Positions 1-11,387 of a stretch of DNA of 64,000 bases are shown here, piece after piece. A model generated the notes under the pieces. It searched no databases. It was not told the DNA's origin and worked only from the letters and a program-made list of their open reading frames with translations. Origin of the DNA: the human T2T-CHM13v2.0 reference genome, Homo sapiens; NCBI RefSeq assembly GCF_009914755.1, contig NC_060930.1. One strand, given 5' to 3'. Both the position numbers and the translations under genes were made by a program. Numbering within the stretch: the stretch's first letter is position 1; the number at the start of each line of letters is the position of its first letter.

Positions 1-192
1 GGATTCTTACAGGAAGGCACAAGGAACACTTGCCTTTATTTTTCAAGCTCTCTGAACCCTTTACTAGTGTGTGCGCTCCTAGGCGCCGGGACCATGCCTC
101 ATTCATCTTGTATCATAGTGCTTAGCACAGTTTCCAGGGCATAATAGGTACTTGATAAATGTTTAAATGAATGATTTAAAAATCCACCCTGT

Positions 193-452
<260 letters not shown>

Positions 453-951
453 CTAGCCCCATCACCAGGATAAAGTCTTCCCTGACCGCTGCACTCATAG
501 TGTAGTTTCTGGAGCTTAGCTCAGTATTCTCCTGCTTTCTGAGTTCCTTGACAGGGATCATGACTGCACTGTCACCATTATTGATAACATTTATTGAATT
601 AACAAGTGTCAGGCACCCAGCTACATGCTTTACACACATTATCCTATAATCTGTCTTTCTCCTCCTCAGGGCATAGCATGGCAAGCACTCAACATGTACC
701 AAATAACTTCCATGTTAATGGATTCACTGTTAAATGTTAATTGAGCACCTACTATGCACCAGGCATCATTCTAGGTACTGATGATACAGTGATTAATAGA
801 GCTGCCCTTTTATGGGAAATAGGGTGGACAGTAGCCATTCTCTGACTTTTAAGTCACTCCCTTGCCTGTGATCCAGTCTCCAGAGTGTCCTGAGGAACCC
901 CATTCCAGCCCACCCTCCTCTACCATCCACAGACCTCACCCCTCTTCCTAC

Positions 952-1065
952 CGGATCTTCATGCCGCAAAGCCCCAGGTGGGAGGCCAGTCCGCGCCAGT
1001 CATTGCCGGTGATGCTGTTTGGCTCCAATAACATCCGCAGCTGCTCAAAGAGCTCTGGGGGCAGC
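952..1065 (-). CDS. UNC5CL: UNC5CL coding exon (start of death domain: [39 protein letters not shown]); final exon lies off the left edge
   Basis: Acceptor ...ccctgcctaag| and donor |gtagga on - strand; 114 nt, frame continuous with upstream exons. Confidence 0.93.
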
Positions 1066-1218
1066 CTTAGGCAGGGAAAAGGGTGTTCTTGGAAGAAAGG
1101 GACAAACAGACCCACTCTGGTTCTCCCATATGCACCCTAAATGCTGTAGTCACCCTGTGGGTGCCAGGGTAGGAACCCAACATCCCCCAGGCAGCAGCCC
1201 AAGCAACCCCCGTCTCAC

Positions 1219-1319
1219 CTATTGCATGGGGGCGGCTGGGAAACAGGTGGTGGCGCTGCCCAGGATTCCTCCTCTGATGCCTGGAATCTGAGGATTTCCA
1301 TATACTTGGTCTCCAAGCC
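1219..1319 (-). CDS. UNC5CL: UNC5CL coding exon ([33 protein letters not shown])
   Basis: ag|GGC...AG|gtgaga; 101 nt; lies in ORF 1215..1406; frame continuous. Confidence 0.93.
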
Positions 1320-1853
1320 CTGAGTCAACACAGGGCAGGGAACACACTTAGGGGTCACAAGCCATCCCCCTGAGTAAGAAGCTGGAGTCCTACCTCCATT
1401 CCTCATGTCTCTCCTTCAGTCTGTCACTCAGAGCCACCTTACCAGGAGATACAACCCTGCTCCACCCAGCACCCTCTACCCACTGTCTCCCTGTGACTTC
1501 AGAACCGCACCTTCAGCCTTATGTTTGCCCCTGAGCTCTTTGGGAACTGGGACATGAAGACCAGAGTGCAGCCTGAGCCACCAGGGGAAGTCCTGGGTGG
1601 GGCCGTGGAGCAGTGGGAGGTCATCCAACCATAGAGACACTGATCTCAGCCATATGTGTACCTTCCTCCATTCCAACCTTCCCTTCCTCTTCTCCAAGTG
1701 ACAACAGGGTATCTGCCTGCCCTCCACTAAGGTGCCACTATGGTTCCCCAAAGACTCTCAACTCCGATTTCTTCGCATCTTCCCTTGGTGCAGCAGGAGA
1801 GGAGAGATACCTAACTCCCAGCCTGCCTACTCAAGACCCTCTTCCTGGTCACT

Positions 1854-1923
1854 TCCCACACTGAAAATACAAAACATCATCTCTCAAATCCCACACTGAA
1901 GATACCAAACATCATCTCTCAAA
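1854..1923. repeat. 35-bp tandem duplication (2 copies, 2 mismatches)
   Basis: tcccacactgaaaatacaaaacatcatctctcaaa / tcccacactgaagataccaaacatcatctctcaaa. Confidence 0.9.
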
Positions 1924-2244
1924 TGTAGACAATCAGCCTAGAAAGAAACCATATCAACTTGATGCCCCAGTTCTCTGAGTTGGGAGAAGGGGTTAAACTA
2001 GGGTTTGGTTCTTTTAGCTTCCTGCTGGATTCATCCACCGATAGACAAGGAGAGTCAGGGATGAGGGTAACTTGGAGCCCAGATGATCTCAGCCCCTCAA
2101 AGAGCTGGTATGGGGGCTCTATGGAAAGTGCCATCTTTACCTATGTGATTAAGACCATAGTTACTGGGCACCAGACCCTGTGCCCACTTTGCCTAGGATT
2201 TCCCCCAGGCCCTGCCCTTCCTCTGCCCCTCAGCTCCAACTCAC

Positions 2245-2312
2245 ATCCTGGAAGGTGTGCATGGTGACAATGATCTCATTGGTTAGTGCTGAACAGTCCT
2301 CATTCTCATCGG
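2245..2312 (-). CDS. UNC5CL: UNC5CL coding exon ([23 protein letters not shown])
   Basis: ttctctttatag| acceptor, |gtgagt donor; 68 nt; frame continuous. Confidence 0.92.
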
Positions 2313-2599
2313 CTATAAAGAGAAGGTGACAGCGTGGCCAGTGAGTGAGGAAACGGCCTGGGGTAAGAGCAGGAGAAGGTAAGGGACTCTATAGTAAGAC
2401 TTGGGAAATCTGAGGAAGCTGGGGTCCAACACTCCATTTTTCTCTCTGCAAAGATCTGTGTGGCTCCTGGCCTTTCAGGGAAGGTCTGTGTGCATGGCTG
2501 CATGGGGGTCTGCAGAGCTCCAGGGTTACTGGGAGGGAAGGAGAGGAGACAGGATGGGAAAAGAGAGGGGAGGAGGTACACACAGGGCTCCCGGACTAC

Positions 2600-2701
2600 C
2601 TGCTTTTCTCCGGAAGCAGAAGGAGCGGAAGGGGCACTTTCCATGCCAGATGTGGAGATGGGGAACCAGCTGGCAACTGCTGTCATCCACATTCTCCCAA
2701 C
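2600..2701 (-). CDS. UNC5CL: UNC5CL coding exon ([34 protein letters not shown])
   Basis: ccag| acceptor, |gtagtc donor; 102 nt; frame continuous. Confidence 0.92.
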
Positions 2702-3040
2702 CTGGTGAGTAGGCAGACAGCAGAGGGCCTCAGAGAGTGGGGCCTTAAACAAGTATTGAAGGGGGCTGTGGGGAGGCATGAGGACAGAACAAAGGCAGGA
2801 GGGTCTCAAGGGAATGGGAATCCCCAGAGCCTGGGCTGGGACCCCAAGAGGGCCCTTGCACTATAAAAGCCTTCCATCCTTTCCTGCTTCTGTGGGGTAT
2901 AACCCCTCTCCTTCCCACCTGCCACCTGGCATCACCCTGTCCAAGGAGTGAGTGGCAAGGGCTCAGTAGACAGCAGAGTGGTCAAAGCCCTGGGGGCTCC
3001 ATGAGGCTACTGCTGGCCCAGAGGTCACAAACAGACTTGG

Positions 3041-3336
3041 GGCCTGGTGTGGTGGCTCACACCTATAATCCCAACACTTTCAGAGGCCGAGACGGGTAGA
3101 TTACTTGAGGTCAGGGGTTCGAGACCAGCCTGGACAACATGATGAAACCCCGTCTCTACCAAAAATACAAAAAAATTAGCCAGGCATGGTGGTGGGCACC
3201 TGTAATTGCAGCTACTCAGGAGACTGAGGCAGGAGAATAACTTGAACCCAGGAGGCGGAGGTTGCTGTGAGCCAAGATCAAGCCACTGCACTCCGGCCTG
3301 GGCAACAGAGCGAAACTCCATCTCGGGAAAAAAAAA
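3041..3336 (+). mobile_element. Alu (AluS-like)
   Basis: Full dimer with A tail; flanking AGACTTGG direct repeat. Confidence 0.92.
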
Positions 3337-3447
3337 GAGAGAGAGACTTGGGATCCCCAGATCTCCAGATGTCCAGGGGAGGCCCAGAACCCTTCATTCC
3401 TGTGGGGCTCCCGATCATCCTATCCCACAGGCCACTGCCTCCCTCAC

Positions 3448-3710
3448 CCTCTGAGATGTACGTGAGCTTCAGGCACTGGTCGCCCCTAGCCCCATTGAAG
3501 TCGAAGAGCTGGCAGGGCCCACGCAGGCGCCCACCATGGGGCTGCTCGTTGGTCAGTGCCCACTGCAGGGCGCAGGGCGTGTTGTTGAGGAAGTAGATAC
3601 GCAGTTGCAGATGGGACTGTCCTGGCACCAGCGGTGAGCAGAATACGGCCAGCTGCAGCCATTTGCGGGCTTCGCGCCCCACAGGTGCCTCCAGCACACA
3701 GGTGTAGAGG
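3448..3710 (-). CDS. UNC5CL: UNC5CL coding exon (UPA domain: [10 protein letters not shown]...KLTYISE)
   Basis: ctgcag| acceptor, |gtgagg donor; 263 nt inside ORF 3278..3775. Confidence 0.94.
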
Positions 3711-4444
3711 CTGCAGAGGGAGCCAGTGGCAGGCACTAATGTGCAGGGAAGGCTAAGACACCAACACACTGCCACCAGCCTCCTGCCACCTGAGGGGCCT
3801 CTGTGGGGCCTTCAAGGAGGTTCAGAGAACACTCGAGGGGAGCACTTAGGGAGGAACTGGTAGGTTGGGGATGAAAAGTGAGCATGTCACAGTGACTGGT
3901 GACTGAATGGGGAGGAGAGCTGGCAGGGGAGAGAGGGAAAGTGGGCTCAGGGTGACCATGCTTGGGAGGGCACCCGCACATGGCCCTATTCCTGTCAATG
4001 GGTGGCAAGGAGGCTGGGAGGCAGAGGACCTAGGACTCTAGAAAGACAAAGAGAAGAAGGACAGAGATGGAATGGAGTCTTAGAGAACTGGTGCTAAGCC
4101 TGGGGACAGTCCTGAAAGGGGCACAGTGTAGAGAGAGATAATTTGAAAGACAGAGAGAGATGGGAAAGACAGGTCCCTCTTAGATGGAGAGATGGTGCTG
4201 AGTCAGACACTTCCAGACAGACAGAGAGACAGCAATGGGATTTGCAGTCATGGACATGATTGATGTGAGAAAAACTGCTACAAACATTAGGACAGAGGGG
4301 CCAGAAAGAGACACCAGGGGATAAAGGATTTGCAGACCATCTTCTATACAGAGAGATGAAGATAAGGCAGACAGAGAAAGTGGGCAGGAAAGACAGTCCT
4401 CAGAGAGATGGGTGTGGGAAGACAGGCCAATGGCATGTGCCTAC

Positions 4445-4745
4445 CTGAAGTGGGAGAGGTGGATGCGACACTCATCCCGGGAGGCGTGGGCCCCCGGCCG
4501 CCCCAGGGGCCTCCATACCTTGGCATCCAGCAGGGTAGTGTTGCTGCTGTAGGTGCGAGCATGGCTGGGCTGCTCGGCACAGTGTTTGAACGTGAGAGTG
4601 CAAGGCTTCAGGAAGGAGGCCCCATGGGGGCCACATGCCACCACAGGGCTTACCAGCCCCTGGGCTTGGGACAGCGATGGGGCGTCCGACAGGTCCCACA
4701 CCAGGATCAAAGACACCCGCTCCTGGCGGCCCACAGCCACAGCAC
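4445..4745 (-). CDS. UNC5CL: UNC5CL coding exon (ZU5 domain: [11 protein letters not shown]...[24 protein letters not shown]...HLSHF)
   Basis: ZU5 signature SPVVxCGPxG..F.KP..L.F.HC; polypyrimidine-cag acceptor and gtaggc donor; 301 nt. Confidence 0.95.
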
Positions 4746-5253
4746 CTGGCAGGGAGAGGGAGAGCTGAGATGGGCCTGGTAGGCAGGCACACCCCTGCCC
4801 CTGAAAGAGGCCAGGCCAGAGAGAAAGGAGGTGGGGCAGGAGCCCAGGAGAGACCCCCAGCAGGGCACACAGGGAAGTGGTATGAACAAGAGTAAGACGA
4901 CTGTGGAGCTGACTTGTAGTGTAACCCTAAGCAAGACACTTCCCTTTCCACCCAGGCTGCTGCTAGCCCATAGTGTGCCTTGTGTGAATTTGCAAATGGT
5001 GCTCTTCCCTCCCTTTACTAGAGAATTGTCACAGCATACTGATTCATTAGAACAAGGCACTTTACTTCCACCTGCCAGGAAGTTGTCCCAAAAGATATGT
5101 AATATGTCCATCCCTGAAGTCAATAAAGCTATACTCAAAATATAAACAATTATCAGAAGTAAAAGGTGTCTATGAACATTGCTCCCTCAGATGTGGTGAC
5201 CTAATGTACAGTCTGACCAACTGTATGCGGAGATGAGAGCCAGGAGCTGTTAC

Positions 5254-5638
5254 CTGGTGGGATGAGCAAGGAGATGCCTGTATCCTGGAGCATCAGGCAA
5301 CCGCCGCGGTGATCCACCTCTCGAGCCGAAAACACCAACAGTTTGTGCATCAACTGGCGGACCATGGTCTGGCCTTGAGTGGGTGTGTGTAGCTCCTGGT
5401 AGAAGGCAACCATCTCTGGCAGTGTGGCTGGCAGGTGCTGCCTTGAGACCTCATTTTCTAGTTGGGGGGTAGGCTGGGACACTGGTTCCTCTTGACCATT
5501 CAGTGTCCAGCAGGCCCCCAGCAGCCTTCTAGGGCAGTGCCATCGAAGGCATTGGGCCAGAAGGAGGACACTTGCCACTGGGACCCCCACCAGCAGTAGG
5601 AACTGGGAGGGTTGGAATGAACTCTCCTGGGGGCACAT
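5254..5638 (-). CDS. UNC5CL: UNC5CL first coding exon ([29 protein letters not shown]... N-terminal TM segment, ZU5 start); exon begins at 5699 in the 5'UTR
   Basis: ORF 5201..5638; donor CAG|gtaaca at 5253; acceptor ccttcttccccaccag at 5700-5701. Confidence 0.95.
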
Positions 5639-5985
5639 TCGCCTGGTTACTCAATGCCGCTGGCTCTCCTTCACCCCTGTGCCAGCCAAAGCCAAAGGCC
5701 TGGTGGGGAAGAAGGGGTCAGTGTCAGGGTAAGCCCTTTTAAGTTGTGGAGGTCAAGGCTTGGCTTACACATAGCTGCAAGTTGTCTTCATTCCAGCGCA
5801 CACTGCACACTTTAGTCACACCAATTCTTTTAACCTGTCTCTCTTACTCGAGAACCTACCCTGGCTCCCCGTGACCTAATACATCAAGGTAAACTGTTCT
5901 GAAGCAGAGTGAGCTTGGGTTTACAGTTAGAGAACATGAGTTCAAATGTCACCTTGGTCACTGTGGCTGGGTAAACTTATCATAT

Positions 5986-6442
5986 TGATGTAAGGCAGGA
6001 GAGCCCCAAAATTGGGGCTTAGTTTGGGAGGGTTTGTGGCTTCACCTAGGCAAGAATTCAAGGGTGAGCCAGTGGTGTCAGACAGCAACTTTCACTAAAG
6101 TGGCAGAGTATAGCAGCAGCAGAGGTATGCTCCTTACAGAGCAGAGCTAACCCTAGGCAGTGTGCCCAGGGTAGCAGCTCTGGGGCATTTCTGCCATCAT
6201 ATTTATGTCCACTTTTAATTACATGCAGTAAGGGGTGGGTTATTCAGAAATTTCTAGAAAAAGGAGTGGTAGCTTCGGGTCACTGCCATGGAAAGGGGCA
6301 GTAACTTCCAGGCATCGCCATGGCAGTGGTAAACTGTCATGGCACTGGTGGGCATGTCTTATGGAGAGGTGCTTTTGGTGCCTTTTCCCTGTTTCAGCCA
6401 GTTTTCTATCTGGCCTGGAATCAAATCCCACCTCCTGCCTCA
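5986..6442 (-). mobile_element. Solo ERV1 LTR (MER66/MER41-group-like), apparently inserted in a MIR
   Basis: TG...CA termini on - strand; near-TSD atat/atac; MER41-group-like GCCATGGC...GGAAGTTAC and GAATTC...AAGCC...CCCTCCC blocks (family assigned from memory). Confidence 0.7.
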
Positions 6443-6655
6443 ATACTGCTTAATGTACCTCAGTTTCCTCATCTGTCCAAATATCTACCTTGATCTACAA
6501 GTGCTGATACAAAAAAATCTATAAGTGGAAAAAGCAAGTCGCAGAGAGATAAAATATTCTGAGCTCATTAATGTGAAAAACAAAACTGCATATAAATAGA
6601 TACATATTTATGGGTGCATATATGGAAATGTAAAGGTATAGAGAAAGGTCTGGAG

Positions 6656-6950
6656 CAGTGGTGTACAATAAAAATGTAATGTGAACTACACATGTAATTT
6701 TAAATTTCCTGATGGCCACATTAAAAAGAACAGGAGAAATTAATACATTTTATTTAACCCAATATATTCAAAATGTTATTTCAACAGGTAATCGATATAA
6801 AATTATGAGATATTTTTACTTTCTTCCTTCATACCCAGTCTTTGAAATCCATGTGTAATTTATATGAACAGAACAGCTCACTTGGGACTGGCTGTATTTC
6901 AAGTGCCCAGTAGCCACGTGTACTAATGAATCCGGTCTTAGACTGTGCAG
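6656..6950. mobile_element. hAT-Charlie DNA transposon remnant (MER33-like)
   Basis: CAGTG 5' end; 8-bp near-TSD GTCTGGAG/GTCTGGAA; resembles MER33 consensus. Confidence 0.7.
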
Positions 6951-9725
6951 GTCTGGAAGGACACACCCCCAAACTATTCCCATGAGTCACAACAAATTGA
7001 GAAGGTGGAAGGTGTGAATAAAAACTTTGTATTTTTTTAAATCCTTTTCTCTGTACTTTGAATTTTTCACATCAAGCATGTAGTTTGTATTAACTTTGTA
7101 ATTCTTTTCTGAAGCTATTAAAAGTGGGGAAAAAGTGCCTCTTTGTGTAATGGTGAGGATGGCATAAGGTCATGTGAAAAGTATTTGTAGATGAGAAAGC
7201 ACTGTCCAAATGTATGTGTTTCTTTATGCCCCTCCTTCTGCCAGAAAGGCCTGAAGGTAGCTCACAGGGATAGGCAACATACAACAAGAACAACAAAAGC
7301 TAAAAGTGGAAGCAAAAAAAAAAAAAAATGAAGAAGACAAAACACAAAGATGCAGCCCTACAGTGAAGCTGGAATGAGGCAGGGCAAAAGCATACACTCA
7401 CCTCCTGCTCACCTGGCTACCCAGCCAGGCCACAGGCTGAGACTTCCCAGTAGCTCTTCCTGAGGCCCTCCAGAACCCACCTCCGCCTCCTCCTACTTCC
7501 CCTCTTCCAGCCCCTACAATTTCCAACACGCCTGCCCTGTAGCCTGCCCAGGCTCCCCACACCTGCTTAATTCTAGCCTCTGGCTTTTGCTCATGCTGTT
7601 TTCTGTTTCTCCACTCACTTGCTCTCCCCACTTGTTTCCTCTCCCTACGTGGATCCTCCCATTCAATAGTGCCTCCCGCTGGTGCACCGGCCTTTGACAG
7701 CCTCCAGCTCGCGAAATCTCTCTCCACAGCCATCCCACCATACTGAGTCACTCTTGATTATGTGCTGTCATGTGTGATTTTCCCACTCAAATGAACATTT
7801 TCTAAGCACCGGCTGTGTATCGGACACTGTGGGAAGTTCAATCCTGCCAAAGATGACGTCTTATTCCGCTCTCAAGGAGCTTCTGCAGGAATGGAATTCA
7901 TTGGCTTGGTAGCTGAGTTCTGTGAGGCACAACGTCCTCCTTCAGAGCCCTGGGAGGCCCCTCTGGTTGACTCACTAGAGGCTGCACTGGAAGAGCTTCC
8001 AGTATCCAGTCCTCCCCACGCCCTTCACTTGCACTACCCACCTGGAACTGAGGCTTGGCCCACCTTCTTCCTTCCAACCTCAGGACCCATGAAAACTGAA
8101 GCCCCTTCCTAGTGCCTCTTAGACCAGGGCAGAACCTCCACTGTATCCTCAGGATTGAAGACTGGGGCAGTACCTGTTTCTCCCATGTCCTCACTGAAAG
8201 TGTGAATAAGAAGCGGGGGTTGGCATTGTTCTCTTTGCCTAAAGAGCCAACCCAGCAGACAATGCACCAGCCTTTTTCAACCAGGCATCCTGGAGGGCAC
8301 ACAGGTGAATCAGTGAATTGGCAGTGTCCCAAAGCTGATGGGAAGGGGGTTGGAGCAGCAAGCTACCGTTGATGTCCCATCATTTCTTTTGGTTCTTTCA
8401 CATTAGTAATAATTATAATTCCAACTGTAATAACAATAGCTAACATTCGCAGAGCTTTACTCAATGCCACTGTGTTAAAGCACTCTCCATGGCTTGTCTC
8501 ATCTCATCCTCACAGCAGCCTTAGGAGCGAGGTGTTATTTTTATCTCCATTTCACAGATAAGGAATCCGAGCTTTCTCCCCACAGTGAAGATGGATAGGG
8601 AATTACTAAACAACTGAAGACAGGCAGGAAGGAGGAGCAAAGACGAACAAGGACTTCCAGAGATACCCCCTTTCTCTCTCCACCCCTTCTTTTCCCCAAG
8701 TATCTTCCTTTCCTTCTCTAGAAGAAATAAAGTTGGAAGAGAAAGAAGCAAAAATGAAGTAAAGACAAATAGAAGGACCTAAATTTACATCCTCAGTTAT
8801 GTGGTAATACCCACCCCACTACACCACACCCCCACCTACCAAGGTACCAGTGGCAGGGGATGGAATTGCTAAAGGGATGAAAGGAGGGGCCCCAGCTCGC
8901 TTACACAGCAGTAACCTTCCTGGGGCCACCAAAGACCAGAGTCCAGATCCCCAGTGAGGTGCACCTCACTGGGTGGTGCAGTAGAGTCCCCTGGCTCAAC
9001 CTCCGACCCTGGAGAAGTTGGCATGCACCACTCCCAAAGCCCCACTGGGCCTCTCCCAGGGTGACTGCTCTTCCAGGCTGCCCTGGCCCTCACTGCATCC
9101 TCCCTCTGGCTCCAGAATGGGGAAAGGTCCGGAGTCTTGCTGAATGGCAACTATAGCACTGCAGCCATTCGAGTGTGACTTGGGGCATCCCAACCCCATG
9201 CCTGGACTCCTCATTACCCACTCCTCCAGTCTGTCTTGCTCCAGACCCCAGATCACCCTGGGTAGCGGGTCCCCGAAACGAGAGTCCTTTAGAATGCTGC
9301 CATCACCTGTCCCTAGGCAGTTGCATCCTCCAGCACAAAGATCCAAACTCCTGCTGCAAAGTTCTGCTCATACCCTTTAAGAAAACTCTCAACCTTTCCT
9401 CCACCTCACTGGTTCTCCCTGTGCCTCCCCAACACCTGATAGATGTCCAGTTACTGCAGAACATAACAAGTACTGGGATGGATGGTCCAAACCCAAGTCA
9501 TGAATGGCATTTGTTAGTATAGTAGACATTTCCGCAGGACACAGAATCATCCCAGTGGTCCTCATACCCATTGGCCAAGTCCCATTTTCCTCCCCTCCTC
9601 CAGCAGAGGGTCCCTACACTCCAGCAGGCAGGCTAAGCTGGCCTGGCTCCTCCCCCGAAGCTCCAGGTAACCCCATCACAATGCCCATCCCCTCTCCAGC
9701 TGCCCCAAGGGGGTGCTCAACTTAC

Positions 9726-9800
9726 CGTCTAGGAGCTCTTAGAGGCTGCTGGCTGGTCCAGTTCCTTCTCCGAGAAACAAGGGTCAGCCAGATTCAGTCG
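9726..9800 (-). other. UNC5CL: Candidate UNC5CL non-coding exon 1 (5' end approximate)
   Basis: Strong donor ACG|gtaagt at 9725, directly downstream of a GC-box/CCAAT/HNF4 cluster; TSS cannot be fixed from sequence. Confidence 0.6.
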
Positions 9801-9806
9801 GCAGGC

Positions 9807-9935
9807 CAGCAGACAAGTGGAGGTGGGCGGGGAATCCAGGCAGGAGTGGCCTGGCATTTCCTGGCAGAGCCCTGCCTCCCAGCTGTCTAAAGAGGGGTGA
9901 GGGAGAGTGTCCCTGTCTATTGGCAAAGTCCAGCC
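9807..9935 (-). promoter_or_regulatory. UNC5CL: Putative UNC5CL core promoter
   Basis: GC box GGGCGG 9825-9830, CCAAT (- strand) 9919-9923, HNF4-type CAAAGTCCA 9924-9932. Confidence 0.55.
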
Positions 9936-10056
9936 CAGGTAAGGGATTAGCTGAGGATCCCAGAAGTCAGTGAACTTTCCAGTCTAGGTCTGGAAGGAAG
10001 GAGGGAGGCAGGGAGACAACCTGGGTGTAGGTGCTGCACCTTGAAACCCCTCCTTA

Positions 10057-10075
10057 CAGTGCCCTCTGCTGGTGA
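10057..10075 (-). promoter_or_regulatory. CTCF motif
   Basis: - strand TCACCAGCAGAGGGCACTG matches CCASYAGRKGGCRS. Confidence 0.6.
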
Positions 10076-10139
10076 GTGGCTGTCCCCAGCCAGAGGCTAT
10101 TATTAAAATAGCAGATAGGAGGAGGAGGGAACCTTCATC

Positions 10140-10290
10140 TGAGTTTCTTAAACTATAATGTGCACAACAGTCACCTGGGAGATCTTGTTAAAATGCAGGC
10201 TCTGATTCTGTAGGTCTAGTATGGGGCCTGAGATTCTGCAGCTCAAAGAAGCTCCCAGCTGATGCCAATGCAACCGGTCCAAGGAGCTTA
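10140..10290. mobile_element. MER5-type hAT fragment
   Basis: CACCTGGGAGATCTTGTTAAAATGCAG...GGGCCTGAGATTCTGCA...CTCCCAGCTGATGC. Confidence 0.65.
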
Positions 10291-11256
10291 GAGAGCATCT
10301 AGTTCCACCCGCTCCCCACACAGAGAAGACAGTGGAGCCACTGAGACGGTTAATGACTCACCAGTTGCTGGTGGACCTGAGATGTACCCATATTTTTCCT
10401 TACACAAGGTGCTTTCTACTTCCCCCACCCAAAGTTGGCAGAGACACTGCCGGTTGGGAGACAACTGAACTTTGGGGCCATTTGCCATTCTGAGTTCTTA
10501 AAACTCTGCCTAGGAGCGGTGGCACCACAAGAATGAAAACTCCTTGTGGAACTTTTCCCATGTTTTCGGCTGTCTCCTCAGCTCCTGGTACAGCCTGATA
10601 GATAGAAGGTGTTCAATAAACATGTCTTGAATGAATGAGTGAAGCAGTTGAGAGGGAAAAGGATGCATTTTGGCTCCAACTGGCCAACACTGAGCCCAGG
10701 TGAGCCACACGTTGGGTATGTAATATTGGGCAAGCTACTTAACTCCTCTGAACCTCAATTCCCTTGTCTGTCAAATGCAGTTAAGAATATCTACCTTGTG
10801 TGAGATAATAATTGTCATTATTGAGCTAATAAATGTCAAATGCCCACCACAGAATGGGTGGTCAATAGATGGTAACCGTTGTCACCAGGGTCTGGCCTCC
10901 TGCAGTTGAGGAGGCATGGTGAACGCCCCCCCAGGCCCCTAGTTATCATCTCCCATAGAAAATAAGTAACTTCCTCTGCTTTTGTCTCAGTTAATAATTC
11001 TCTAGCCTCTTGTCTCTGACTGCAATGCCCTCCCCTCTGCTTCCTTCCCTGGTGGAGGTGAGAGGGTGGAATAAACCTCCCAGGGGAGCCCAGTACCCCA
11101 AAGTGCAGAGATGGTAGAGAGCGGGCAACCTGGGAAGCAGACCTCATGCCTAAAGACAAGCCAGGAAGGGGTGCTCAGAACTTTGATAGGGAATGAAAGG
11201 AGTGGGGTAGGGGTGTTTGTCTTTGTTGAACAAAGCTCTGTCTGAGTCACACAGGA

Positions 11257-11387
11257 GGCTGGACTTTGCCAACAGACAGGGACACTCTCCCCTACCCCTC
11301 TTTAGGGCGGCTGGGAGGCAGGACTTTCTGCCAGGAAGCGCCAGGTCACTCCTCCTTGACTCCCCACCCACCTCCACTTGTCAGCTG
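11257..11387 (+). repeat. Inverted, diverged copy of 9807-9935
   Basis: Hand alignment of the reverse complement: ~13 substitutions and 4 gap nt over ~132 columns. Confidence 0.9.

Noticed and set aside
3025-3321. Alu-derived ORFs (also 313-702, 21592-21880, 26663-27072, 51826-52014, 55145-55648, 58755-59982, 60455-60907)
   Set aside because: Translations of Alu consensus (e.g. [17 protein letters not shown]), not genes
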